A stretch of DNA of 48,075 bases, taken from the sequence record MF415412.1, one strand, 5' to 3'. The notes below the pieces were generated by a model, which saw only the letters and a list, made by a program, of their open reading frames with translations, was not told the origin of the DNA and did no database searches. Shown in pieces: positions 1 to 7,324 of the stretch (positions are counted from its first letter, which is position 1; each line of letters starts with the position of its first letter). A program made the translations under genes and the position numbers. The DNA is from Klebsiella phage KPN N141.

Positions 1-1110
1 ATGGAAAAGAAAATCCATGAATCCGGCGAAATGACGAAGCTGATTATGCAAAAGGTCGTGGAGCGTGCTAAAACCCGAAACGGAGTTCTGATAACTTGCG
101 CTGGACAGCGGCATTGCAAGGAGGCGGCGAGCTATCTACCGCCGGACGCAACATACGCGATCATCACCGAAAAGACGAACTCAAAGAAACGCGGCGAAAT
201 TTTGGATAAGGCGAATCGCGGGGAGATTAAATACATCTTCCAGGTGATGGCCCTAACCACTGGCGTTAACGTTCCGTTTTGGGATTTTTCGGTGATATTG
301 CGCAAGATCGGGTCGCTTACGTTGCTTATTCAGCTTTTGGGGCGCGGTATGCGACTGTTAAAAGACTGGCAAAAACAGCCGCCTTACTCGTGGGTGAAGG
401 AAGACCATTTAGTTTGGGACTTCGCCGGGACTATGGACGATTTGGGCCAGCTATATTTCGATCCTATTCTTGAGCAGGCGCAATACCAAAGACGCAAGAG
501 CAGCAAGAACGGCCCGAAAATTTGCCCGGTATGCAAGGGAGAAAATAGCGAGTACGCCCGCCGATGCATCCACAAAGACAGCAACGGTAATCGTTGCGAA
601 TACTTCTGGATCTCGCAGCGCTGCGAAGACCAGAAAGACCCGCGAACAGGGAAGATTAAAGTAAAAGGGTGTTACGCTGAAAACGATATTGTTGCTCGCC
701 AGTGCAGATGCTGCGGGGTGCAGCTTAAAGACCCCAATGACAATCTCACCGGGAAGCACTATACGCAGAATGACTGGTATGATGTTGTCGGGTTCGATAT
801 CGGCTTGACTCGCAATCAGTCCGGGATCATCTTCAATTACGTGTTACTGAACCATGACGGCGAGCGATTCACCGCAAGGGAAAAGTTCTTCCCGGAATCA
901 GAGAATCAGATTTGCGGCAAGTTATGGCGGCAAAAGGCAGTCTTCCAGCACGTTAGCGACGCGGTAATGCGCGGCAAGTTGGGCGGGATGAAAAATGCGC
1001 GAAAAATCCTTGAGAATGCGCACTACTTCCGAGCGCCGAAGCGCGTAACGCATCGCGTTAACGGTAAGAAGGAAGATATTATTTCACGCAAAGATTTTGG
1101 AGACGAATAG
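1..1110 (+). CDS. SF2 (DEAD/DEAH-type) helicase, C-terminal part, truncated by the window start
   Basis: ORF open from base 1; motif V/VI-like 'VMALTTGVNVPFWDFSVILRK...LLIQLLGRGMRLL', then Cys-rich zinc-ribbon region (CPVCKG..C..C). The Walker A/DEAD domain is absent, so it must lie upstream. Confidence 0.8.
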   Translation: MEKKIHESGEMTKLIMQKVVERAKTRNGVLITCAGQRHCKEAASYLPPDATYAIITEKTNSKKRGEILDKANRGEIKYIFQVMALTTGVNVPFWDFSVILRKIGSLTLLIQLLGRGMRLLKDWQKQPPYSWVKEDHLVWDFAGTMDDLGQLYFDPILEQAQYQRRKSSKNGPKICPVCKGENSEYARRCIHKDSNGNRCEYFWISQRCEDQKDPRTGKIKVKGCYAENDIVARQCRCCGVQLKDPNDNLTGKHYTQNDWYDVVGFDIGLTRNQSGIIFNYVLLNHDGERFTAREKFFPESENQICGKLWRQKAVFQHVSDAVMRGKLGGMKNARKILENAHYFRAPKRVTHRVNGKKEDIISRKDFGDE

Positions 1111-1517
1111 TGATTACTGATAAAGGTGATTATCTCGAATACTACGGCGGGCCTGTAAAGGCTTGCCCGCTTGAGAAAATCGATCAGATGAATAGCGTTT
1201 CGTGGCTGCGTCACGAATACCCTGATTATCTGTTCTGGCATACGGTTAACGAAGGGAGTAAGCACAAGGCTAGCGCGGTTATCGATCATCAAATGGGGTT
1301 GCTGAAGGGCGTTAGCGACATTCTGATCCTGATTGGGTTCGGCGGCAAATACCCGTTCGCGGCCATCGAGCTAAAGCGCCAGGGCAAGGCGCAGGCGTCA
1401 CCAGTGAGCAAGGAGCAAAGGGAATTCCTTGCTGCCGTTCGCCGTCGAGGCGGATTCGCCGCCGTGGCCTATGGCTTCGAGCAATTCAAGATCGCTTTCT
1501 GCGATGCCATCAAATAG
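1110..1517 (+). CDS. VRR-NUC domain nuclease
   Basis: 'NEGSKHKASAVIDHQMGLLKGVSDILILIGFGGKYPFAAIELKRQGKAQASPVSKEQREFLAAVRRRGGFAAVAYGFEQFK' matches the VRR-NUC pattern (G..D....E.K......S..Q..F); overlaps helicase stop. Confidence 0.8.
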   Translation: MITDKGDYLEYYGGPVKACPLEKIDQMNSVSWLRHEYPDYLFWHTVNEGSKHKASAVIDHQMGLLKGVSDILILIGFGGKYPFAAIELKRQGKAQASPVSKEQREFLAAVRRRGGFAAVAYGFEQFKIAFCDAIK

Positions 1518-1557
1518 CACTTTTTGTTAAAACCGCCCGGCGAAAGCCGGGTATTAT
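1515..1557 (+). promoter_or_regulatory. cassette element copy: TAGCACTTTTTGTTA-22-TATTAT
   Basis: spacer hairpin CCCGGC-GAAA-GCCGGG; TAG is stop of 1110..1517. Confidence 0.8.
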
Positions 1558-1589
1558 TACCCCATCGAAACGAAGAACGGAGAAACATC

Positions 1590-1694
1590 ATGAAAAACTT
1601 CTTGTGGGTAATCGCATCAATCGGTTTTGGTATTGTGGCCACTGGCTTCGGCCTTTGGGTAATTACTCTTGCTGGTCATTTTAAGGGCTTCTAA
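1590..1694 (+). CDS. small single-TM peptide (34 aa, MKNFLWVIASIGFGIVATGFGLWVITLAGHFKGF)
   Basis: ATG preceded by GGAG-type RBS, immediately downstream of a cassette promoter-like element; not in the ORF track because it is short. Confidence 0.45.
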   Translation: MKNFLWVIASIGFGIVATGFGLWVITLAGHFKGF

Positions 1695-2423
1695 ATGAAA
1701 GATATAGCAGACAAAGACACTCGTGACGCATTCATCACGTTTGAGCAATTGGAGCGCGAAACGTTTATTGGCAATGCCCTTGCTACTGGCGGACACTATC
1801 AGGCTGTCAGGCCCGACAAGTTTTACCAGGTAACAGGCAACCGATACGCCGGGAGTAAAACGCCTGATATCGTGCGCGATAAGTGGGCTACCGATCGCAG
1901 CCTGATCGCATACATGGAAGAGCGTTATGGCCCTTACGACCTCGACGCCGCCGCAGACCAAAGCAACGCAGTTTGCCCGAAGTTCTACGACGAAAAAACA
2001 GATTGCCTTAAACGCTGGTGGGGAAAAAACAAGCACGTTTGGCTGAATCCGCCTTACTCGTTTCCAGATCCGTTTATTCTCAAGGCCATTGAGCAAATGG
2101 AGCACGACAACCAGATCGACATTCTGCTACCCGGCGACAATTCTACGGCCTGGTTCCGTGACGCGCAGAAAATGGCAGCCGAAATTATCTGGATTGTTGC
2201 CGATGTTGAAGAGGATGATGACGGGAACCAGTTAAGCCGATCCGGTCGCCTCGCATTCATCAATGGATTAAGCGGGAAGCCAGTCGACAACAACAATAAA
2301 GGAAGTGTTATTTTCATCATGCGCAAGCTCAAGCCGGGAGAGGAGCAAAAGACGCTTTACATTCCGGTAAGCGAGATTTGCCCGTCATTAGCTAAAAAGC
2401 GTATGCGCAAACGTGGGATCTGA
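1695..2423 (+). CDS. phage-type DNA N6-adenine methyltransferase (Dam family)
   Basis: 'YDLDAAADQSNAVCPKFYDEKTDCLKRWWGKNKHVWLNPPYS' with NPPY catalytic motif, typical of phage Dam-like proteins. Confidence 0.88.
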   Translation: MKDIADKDTRDAFITFEQLERETFIGNALATGGHYQAVRPDKFYQVTGNRYAGSKTPDIVRDKWATDRSLIAYMEERYGPYDLDAAADQSNAVCPKFYDEKTDCLKRWWGKNKHVWLNPPYSFPDPFILKAIEQMEHDNQIDILLPGDNSTAWFRDAQKMAAEIIWIVADVEEDDDGNQLSRSGRLAFINGLSGKPVDNNNKGSVIFIMRKLKPGEEQKTLYIPVSEICPSLAKKRMRKRGI

Positions 2424-2426
2424 AAA

Positions 2427-2663
2427 ATGGAACAGATAGAATCTTTCACCGAGTATCTTCGGATCGTGGTTGAATTGCTGGACAAATACGGCTTCATTGG
2501 TACGGATGAGGAAAAATTAGCCTTTGCTGACACCATCGACGGAACCTACATGGAGTTCATGGACAACGGAACCCCGGTCGCTGACTGGCCAGAAATTCTT
2601 GAACGAGAATTGATTGAGTTTAAATTGCATGAAGGCGCGGAGTATTTCGCAAAACAGCACTAA
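2427..2663 (+). CDS. hypothetical protein
   Basis: ORF in tight co-directional array. Confidence 0.55.
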   Translation: MEQIESFTEYLRIVVELLDKYGFIGTDEEKLAFADTIDGTYMEFMDNGTPVADWPEILERELIEFKLHEGAEYFAKQH

Positions 2664-2697
2664 TTGCTAAACAATACCCGCCGCGTGCGGGTATTAT
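2655..2697 (+). promoter_or_regulatory. cassette element copy: CAGCACTAATTGCTA-22-TATTAT
   Basis: hairpin ACCCGC-CGCGT-GCGGGT. Confidence 0.78.
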
Positions 2698-2727
2698 TAC
2701 ACCATAAACCAATCAGGAGCAAACGCC

Positions 2728-2964
2728 ATGAAAACCAAAGCCATTGCAGACACCATCAAGATCGTACCAGTAAAAGCGCAAGTAGTATCGCGCCACCTGG
2801 TTAACCTTTCTCGCCTGTGCATGGCCGACTACATGGCGAACCCTTCAGAGAATGGCCTTGATGGTGTAGTCGGTGAGATTTATTTTCGCGCCGGGTACGG
2901 CCTGGAAAGTGTGGCCATGTATGAGCAAATGGCCGAAGGTTTTTGCATTTACGGTGACGAATGA
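2728..2964 (+). CDS. hypothetical protein
   Basis: ORF with strong RBS/leader CCAATCAGGAGCAA downstream of a cassette element. Confidence 0.65.
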   Translation: MKTKAIADTIKIVPVKAQVVSRHLVNLSRLCMADYMANPSENGLDGVVGEIYFRAGYGLESVAMYEQMAEGFCIYGDE

Positions 2965-3212
2965 TGATTGTCGAGACTGGTCGCGCTGCCGTATGGCAGC
3001 ACGCAAAAGAAGCTGGAATAAGTGATGATATCGTGAAGATCGCAAAGTATTTCGATATCAAAGATATATCAATTATTTTTGGTGGGAAGCTCACCTATCT
3101 ACACGAGCGCCCGGTGAAGCGCACGCGAATAGCAGTTGCAACGCGAGCAGAGGCAGACGCGCTGAAGATGTTCATCCACGAGTCTAAGCAGCAGAAGAAA
3201 TATTACAAGTAG
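2961..3212 (+). CDS. hypothetical protein
   Basis: ORF overlapping upstream stop by ATGA. Confidence 0.5.
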   Translation: MMIVETGRAAVWQHAKEAGISDDIVKIAKYFDIKDISIIFGGKLTYLHERPVKRTRIAVATRAEADALKMFIHESKQQKKYYK

Positions 3213-3226
3213 CGGGGAAGTGAAGA

Positions 3227-3304
3227 ATGCGATATATTGCGATCTTATTTACGGCGATCCTGTTTACGATCGCAATCTTTAACTACGCAATTCAATTGGG
3301 ATAA
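3227..3304 (+). CDS. 25-aa hydrophobic peptide (MRYIAILFTAILFTIAIFNYAIQLG)
   Basis: ATG with GGGGAAG upstream, hydrophobic, fills the gap between flanking genes. Confidence 0.35.
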   Translation: MRYIAILFTAILFTIAIFNYAIQLG

Positions 3305-3307
3305 ATT

Positions 3308-4438
3308 ATGCAACCTAAAATCACAGACGAGGAATTTTTAGCCGCCCGCGAGGAAGGCAAGACCTACCGCGAGATCGCGGAAGAGTTCGGCATGAACATT
3401 CGAAGCGTTGAACGTCGCGGCGTTCGCCTGGCGCGACAGGGGCACCTACACGGAAACGCCCACGTTGCGAAGCATATCCCGGACGGCTTCGGCGTCAAAG
3501 GCACGTCGACGATGATTCGCGCGGACGGCTCCGAGGTCGTTCGGTGGGTTAAGTCGGAAGTAGACCGCGATCGCATGGTTGCGCTTATGGAGGCGGCGCA
3601 GGCGGCTTTCTGCGAAGACCTTCCGCGAGCCGAACCGCAACCTCTGGATGAATCGAAGTTCTACATTGAAGATCAGCTTGCCCTGTACCCGATCTTCGAC
3701 CTGCATATCGGGGCGATGGCGCACAAGCACGAATGCGGCGAGAACTATGACACCAGCACGGCTGAGAAGGTTCTAAACCGCTTCTTTGATTATTCCGTTT
3801 CGGTGGCTCCGCAATCACAAAAGGCGGTTTTGTTGGTCGGCGGTGACTTCCTTCACAGTGACGGCCTGGACGCAGTAACCCCGGCAAGCGGTCACGTTCT
3901 CGATCAGGATAGCCGATACGCAAAACTTGTTTATGTTGCCATTCGTTCGCTGCGTCGCGCAGTGTCGCTACTGCTTAACAATCATGCAGAAGTTGAAGTG
4001 CAGGTAATTGAAGGCAACCACGACCAGGCTGGGATGATCTGGCTACGCGCAGCGCTGGCGGCGTTCTATGAGAATGAGCCTCGCGTTTTTGTTGATGTTA
4101 GTCCGGCGATCCTGCATCGCACATTGTGGGGCAAGACCATGCTGGGCTATACGCATGGCCACACGATGAAAAAGCCGGAAACGCGCCTTGCTGCGATGGC
4201 TACCGACTTCCGTAAGGAGTTCGGCCAGTGCGACTACATTTACACGCATTCCGGCCACTGGCATCACCAGACTGTAACGGAACACTCGTTAGGCATTGAC
4301 GAAGTGCATGGCCAGTTAGGCGCAAAAGATGCCTACGCCGCACGCGGCGGATGGCGTTCATACCGCCAGGCTGCGGTGATTCTGTACAGCAAAGAATATG
4401 GCGAAGTAGGCCGCTTTATCTACCGTCCGAACATGTAA
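3308..4438 (+). CDS. N-terminal HTH plus calcineurin-like metallophosphoesterase
   Basis: HTH-like 'TYREIAEEFGMNIRSVERRGVRLA'; MPE motifs 'FDLHIGA', 'GGDFLHSD', 'EGNHDQ', 'GHTMKKP', 'HSGHWHH'. Confidence 0.85.
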   Translation: MQPKITDEEFLAAREEGKTYREIAEEFGMNIRSVERRGVRLARQGHLHGNAHVAKHIPDGFGVKGTSTMIRADGSEVVRWVKSEVDRDRMVALMEAAQAAFCEDLPRAEPQPLDESKFYIEDQLALYPIFDLHIGAMAHKHECGENYDTSTAEKVLNRFFDYSVSVAPQSQKAVLLVGGDFLHSDGLDAVTPASGHVLDQDSRYAKLVYVAIRSLRRAVSLLLNNHAEVEVQVIEGNHDQAGMIWLRAALAAFYENEPRVFVDVSPAILHRTLWGKTMLGYTHGHTMKKPETRLAAMATDFRKEFGQCDYIYTHSGHWHHQTVTEHSLGIDEVHGQLGAKDAYAARGGWRSYRQAAVILYSKEYGEVGRFIYRPNM

Positions 4439-4475
4439 CCACAACGGCCCCGCGAGGGGCCAACAAGGAAAACCG

Positions 4476-4964
4476 ATGAATAGAAATATCTGCATTTTCG
4501 ATCTCGATGGCACGCTTTCCGACGGAACCCACCGCTTGCACCTGCTGCCGAAAAAAGATCTCCACCTTACAGAAAGTTGGAGCGAATTTAATGGCGCGTC
4601 AATTGGCGACAGCCCAATCCAAAGCACTATTGACGTGGCGAATGCGCTTTATCGATCCGGAATGACCGTTATCATCCTGACTGGCCGATCCGATGAGGTG
4701 AAGACCGAAACAATGATTTGGCTTGACCGCTACGGGGTGAAATATGACAGCCTAATCATGCGCCGCGCCAGCGATAACCGTAAAGACACGGTAATCAAGG
4801 AGGAGGAGTTACGCAAAATCGGACTTGATCGCATTGTTGCGGCGTGGGATGATTCCCCCAATGTTATTGCGCACTTGCGCGGCCTGGGTATCACGACTTA
4901 CCAGGTCTTCGACTACGGCGACAATCTTCACGATCATTTAAAATCACACGGAGTAGACAAATGA
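4476..4964 (+). CDS. HAD-superfamily phosphatase (polynucleotide kinase 3'-phosphatase-like)
   Basis: 'FDLDGTLSDGTHR', 'VIILTGRSDEVK', 'AAWDDSPNV' HAD motifs I-III. Confidence 0.8.
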   Translation: MNRNICIFDLDGTLSDGTHRLHLLPKKDLHLTESWSEFNGASIGDSPIQSTIDVANALYRSGMTVIILTGRSDEVKTETMIWLDRYGVKYDSLIMRRASDNRKDTVIKEEELRKIGLDRIVAAWDDSPNVIAHLRGLGITTYQVFDYGDNLHDHLKSHGVDK

Positions 4965-5542
4965 AAAATGTAATTATCCTCAACGGAGCGCCGGGCATCG
5001 GAAAGGACACTATCGCTGAAATCATCTCGCGTAAGTGGCAATACAAGAACCTTAGCTTCAAACAGCCGATGTTTGCCATTGCTCGTGCTGTGCTGGGATC
5101 TACTGATTTTGCACGCTTTACTGCCCGATACCACGACCGCAAGCACAAAGAAGCGAAATGCGACTTTTTGGGCGACCGTTCTCCGCGTGAATTCATGATT
5201 CACATTAGCGAAAATTTCGTCAAGCCGACCCTGGGCAAAAATCAGTTCGGCAAGTTGCTTTGCGATTCAGCGCTAACTTCGCCGTTTAACTGCATCGTCA
5301 GCGACGGCGGCTTCGATGAGGAGGTGGAGCACGTCGCAGCGCATGAGGCGCTTAACGTGTTTGTCGTCCGCCTTCATCGTGACAGCATGACCTTTGAGGG
5401 TGATAGCCGCAAGCATATTCGACGCCCGGATCTTATTTGCGACACTTACCATGAACTCGATTTTGATATGACCACTGGCGAGCCGGAAGACGACGCGCAA
5501 AAAATCCTTGATATGGTGTCAGATGTTGCATTAAAATTATAA
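4961..5542 (+). CDS. deoxynucleoside monophosphate kinase-like P-loop protein
   Basis: P-loop 'LNGAPGIGKDTIAE' and 'FLGDRSPREFMIHISE' typical of phage dNMP kinases; overlaps previous gene by 4 nt. Confidence 0.75.
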   Translation: MKNVIILNGAPGIGKDTIAEIISRKWQYKNLSFKQPMFAIARAVLGSTDFARFTARYHDRKHKEAKCDFLGDRSPREFMIHISENFVKPTLGKNQFGKLLCDSALTSPFNCIVSDGGFDEEVEHVAAHEALNVFVVRLHRDSMTFEGDSRKHIRRPDLICDTYHELDFDMTTGEPEDDAQKILDMVSDVALKL

Positions 5543-5576
5543 AGTTAATGCCTTTATTATCATCACCTTAACTATT

Positions 5577-5604
5577 GGGAACCTTGATGGGTTCCCTTTT
5601 TTTT
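5577..5604 (+). terminator. Rho-independent terminator
   Basis: GGGAACC-TTGAT-GGGTTCCC followed by an uninterrupted T-tract. Confidence 0.85.
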
Positions 5605-5668
5605 GTTCTTAATTTGGCCTAATGCATATATCATCGCCTTACCATTTAACTAACAGAGGTTGCATATC

Positions 5669-5884
5669 ATGCGAGAATTCATCAACGCGGCAACCAATAG
5701 CAGCGGTGGCGTTGCCCTCGCGGGATCTGCAACCGGGCAATTAATCATTGCTGCCATTGGCTTATTTTTCATGGTTCTATTCGGCTCCTTCGGCGCGTGG
5801 TTGCGCTGGCGAGATTCAAAGGCGCTTCGTGAAGCGCTGGAAGCCGGGGATATCAAAACGGCGGTGAAGATCAGGAGTAAATAA
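5669..5884 (+). CDS. putative holin
   Basis: about 70 aa, hydrophobic central segment '[23 protein letters not shown]', directly 5' of endolysin. Confidence 0.65.
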   Translation: MREFINAATNSSGGVALAGSATGQLIIAAIGLFFMVLFGSFGAWLRWRDSKALREALEAGDIKTAVKIRSK

Positions 5885-5885
5885 C

Positions 5886-6368
5886 ATGGGGATTAAAACG
5901 CGGGTTACATTCGCGGCGGCGGTGGCGATCGCGGTCGCGTTCCTCCCCAAAGTGGAGGACACGAAATACAAGGTTTATACGGATATCGCTGGCGTTCCAA
6001 CTGTATGCGAAGGCATCACAGGCCCGGACGTTATCAAGGGGAAAACCTATACCCGGTCAGAGTGCGACGCGCTTTTAACCAAGCATATCCAGGTGGCGAA
6101 GCGAACCGTTGACAGCAAAATCAAAGTCGATGTTCCGGACACCTTCAGGGCGTCGATGTACAGCTTTACGTTCAACGCTGGCGGCGGCGCATATTCTGGC
6201 AGCACCATGCTGAAATTAACGAACCAGGGACGATTGCGCGAGGCGTGCGAGCAGCTATATCGCTGGACGTACTACCGCAACCCGAAAACGGGAAAGATGG
6301 AGAAGTCGAAAGGCTTGTATAATCGCCGGGTTCAGGAATATCAACTATGCATTAAGGATCTGAAATGA
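5886..6368 (+). CDS. lambdoid-type lysozyme with N-terminal signal-anchor (SAR endolysin-like)
   Basis: '[44 protein letters not shown]' E-8aa-D-5aa-T muramidase pattern with weakly hydrophobic Ala-rich N terminus. Confidence 0.88.
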   Translation: MGIKTRVTFAAAVAIAVAFLPKVEDTKYKVYTDIAGVPTVCEGITGPDVIKGKTYTRSECDALLTKHIQVAKRTVDSKIKVDVPDTFRASMYSFTFNAGGGAYSGSTMLKLTNQGRLREACEQLYRWTYYRNPKTGKMEKSKGLYNRRVQEYQLCIKDLK

Positions 6369-6790
6369 GCACATTAAACTTTCAACGAGCGCTGGCCATC
6401 GGCTTTATCGTGTGGGCGGCTGCCGTCGTTTCCGGTTGCGCGTCAAGCGTCCCAATCCTTTCCGATCTGGTTGGTAGCAAGCCGGATATGACGGCGCAAG
6501 TCGGCGCGGAGAACGTTAAACAGGCGGTTGGCGTGACGAACAAAACGGACACGTCGAGCAAGCAGGAGACCACGTTTAAGGAGTCGGCGGTTGGTAAGGT
6601 TGACACGTCGAACAAGAAATCTGTAACGACCTCCAGCATTCACGCCAACCAGATCACGGCGGACAAGATCGAGATCCGGAATGATGAAAGCGGAAGCCTG
6701 ATTCCGTGGCTGATTGGTGGTGTTGGGGTGGTAATGCTGGCGATCGGGGTGTTCGGTCTTTGGCGGGAACGAAAAAACAAAGGGGCGTAA
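6365..6790 (+). CDS. putative unimolecular spanin (u-spanin)-like lipoprotein
   Basis: lipobox 'VVSGC' after N-terminal hydrophobic segment, Ser/Thr/Lys-rich periplasmic stretch, C-terminal TM '[22 protein letters not shown]' + RERKNK; last gene of lysis cassette. Confidence 0.6.
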   Translation: MSTLNFQRALAIGFIVWAAAVVSGCASSVPILSDLVGSKPDMTAQVGAENVKQAVGVTNKTDTSSKQETTFKESAVGKVDTSNKKSVTTSSIHANQITADKIEIRNDESGSLIPWLIGGVGVVMLAIGVFGLWRERKNKGA

Positions 6791-6803
6791 TGCCCCTTTT
6801 TCT
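6782..6803 (+). terminator. Rho-independent terminator after lysis cassette
   Basis: GGGGC-GTAAT-GCCCC TTTTT. Confidence 0.8.
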
Positions 6804-7020
6804 ATATGTACCGTTTGACGTGCAATAGCGCTACTCCGTCTTCATCGTTAAGACCATGTTCAACCGTGTTGGTTGCTGCCATTCCTTGATAGAGCAAGAT
6901 GAGCGCGGCACGCAAGTAATTTTCTGGTGTGATCTGTTTCACACAAACAATCCTGTGAACTTCCGTTATCAGATCTTCCACCTGGTTTCCCGAAAAGCTG
7001 TTCATCACTGAGTTGGTCAA
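6802..7020 (-). CDS. hypothetical protein (overlaps next ORF in another frame; true start TTG at 7020 or ATG at 7005)
   Basis: protein-like composition, but nested with 6860..7321. Confidence 0.4.
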   Translation of the reverse strand: MTNSVMNSFSGNQVEDLITEVHRIVCVKQITPENYLRAALILLYQGMAATNTVEHGLNDEDGVALLHVKRYI

Positions 7021-7321
7021 GGTGCATCATCTCCCACATATATCGGTTATCCATCCCATCGAACGACCGGAAATCAAAGCCTATCTCCCTGTTATCCGGC
7101 CCAGTACACCACACAGCGCCGTTTTTTCCGTCAAGGTATCCATTCGTATAGCTTCGCGCTAAAAACTCCTTAGAGACCATTGAGGCGAACATACGTTGCG
7201 ACACGTTGGCGGCTTTTGCCAGGCGAGGCGCTTCGCGGTGCGTATAGACGAACTTCGCAAAATCCTGCCGGGTGAATTCCAGGCGAGATTCGCAGAACTT
7301 GTAAATGTCAAGAATGAACAT
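6860..7321 (-). CDS. hypothetical protein
   Basis: ATG directly abutting stop of 7325..8893; last ~35 codons overlap ORF 6802..7020. Confidence 0.5.
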   Translation of the reverse strand: MFILDIYKFCESRLEFTRQDFAKFVYTHREAPRLAKAANVSQRMFASMVSKEFLARSYTNGYLDGKNGAVWCTGPDNREIGFDFRSFDGMDNRYMWEMMHLDQLSDEQLFGKPGGRSDNGSSQDCLCETDHTRKLLACRAHLALSRNGSNQHG

Positions 7322-7324
7322 CAA

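Noticed and set aside
1524-1557. TTGCTA/TTGTTA as a canonical sigma70 -35
   Set aside because: Spacing to the -10 is 22 bp in nearly all copies, too long for sigma70 (15-19 bp); more likely one arm of the palindromic regulatory site.
1617-2105. Reverse-strand ORF 1617..2105
   Set aside because: Fully antisense to the Dam-type methylase gene and lacks an RBS or context.
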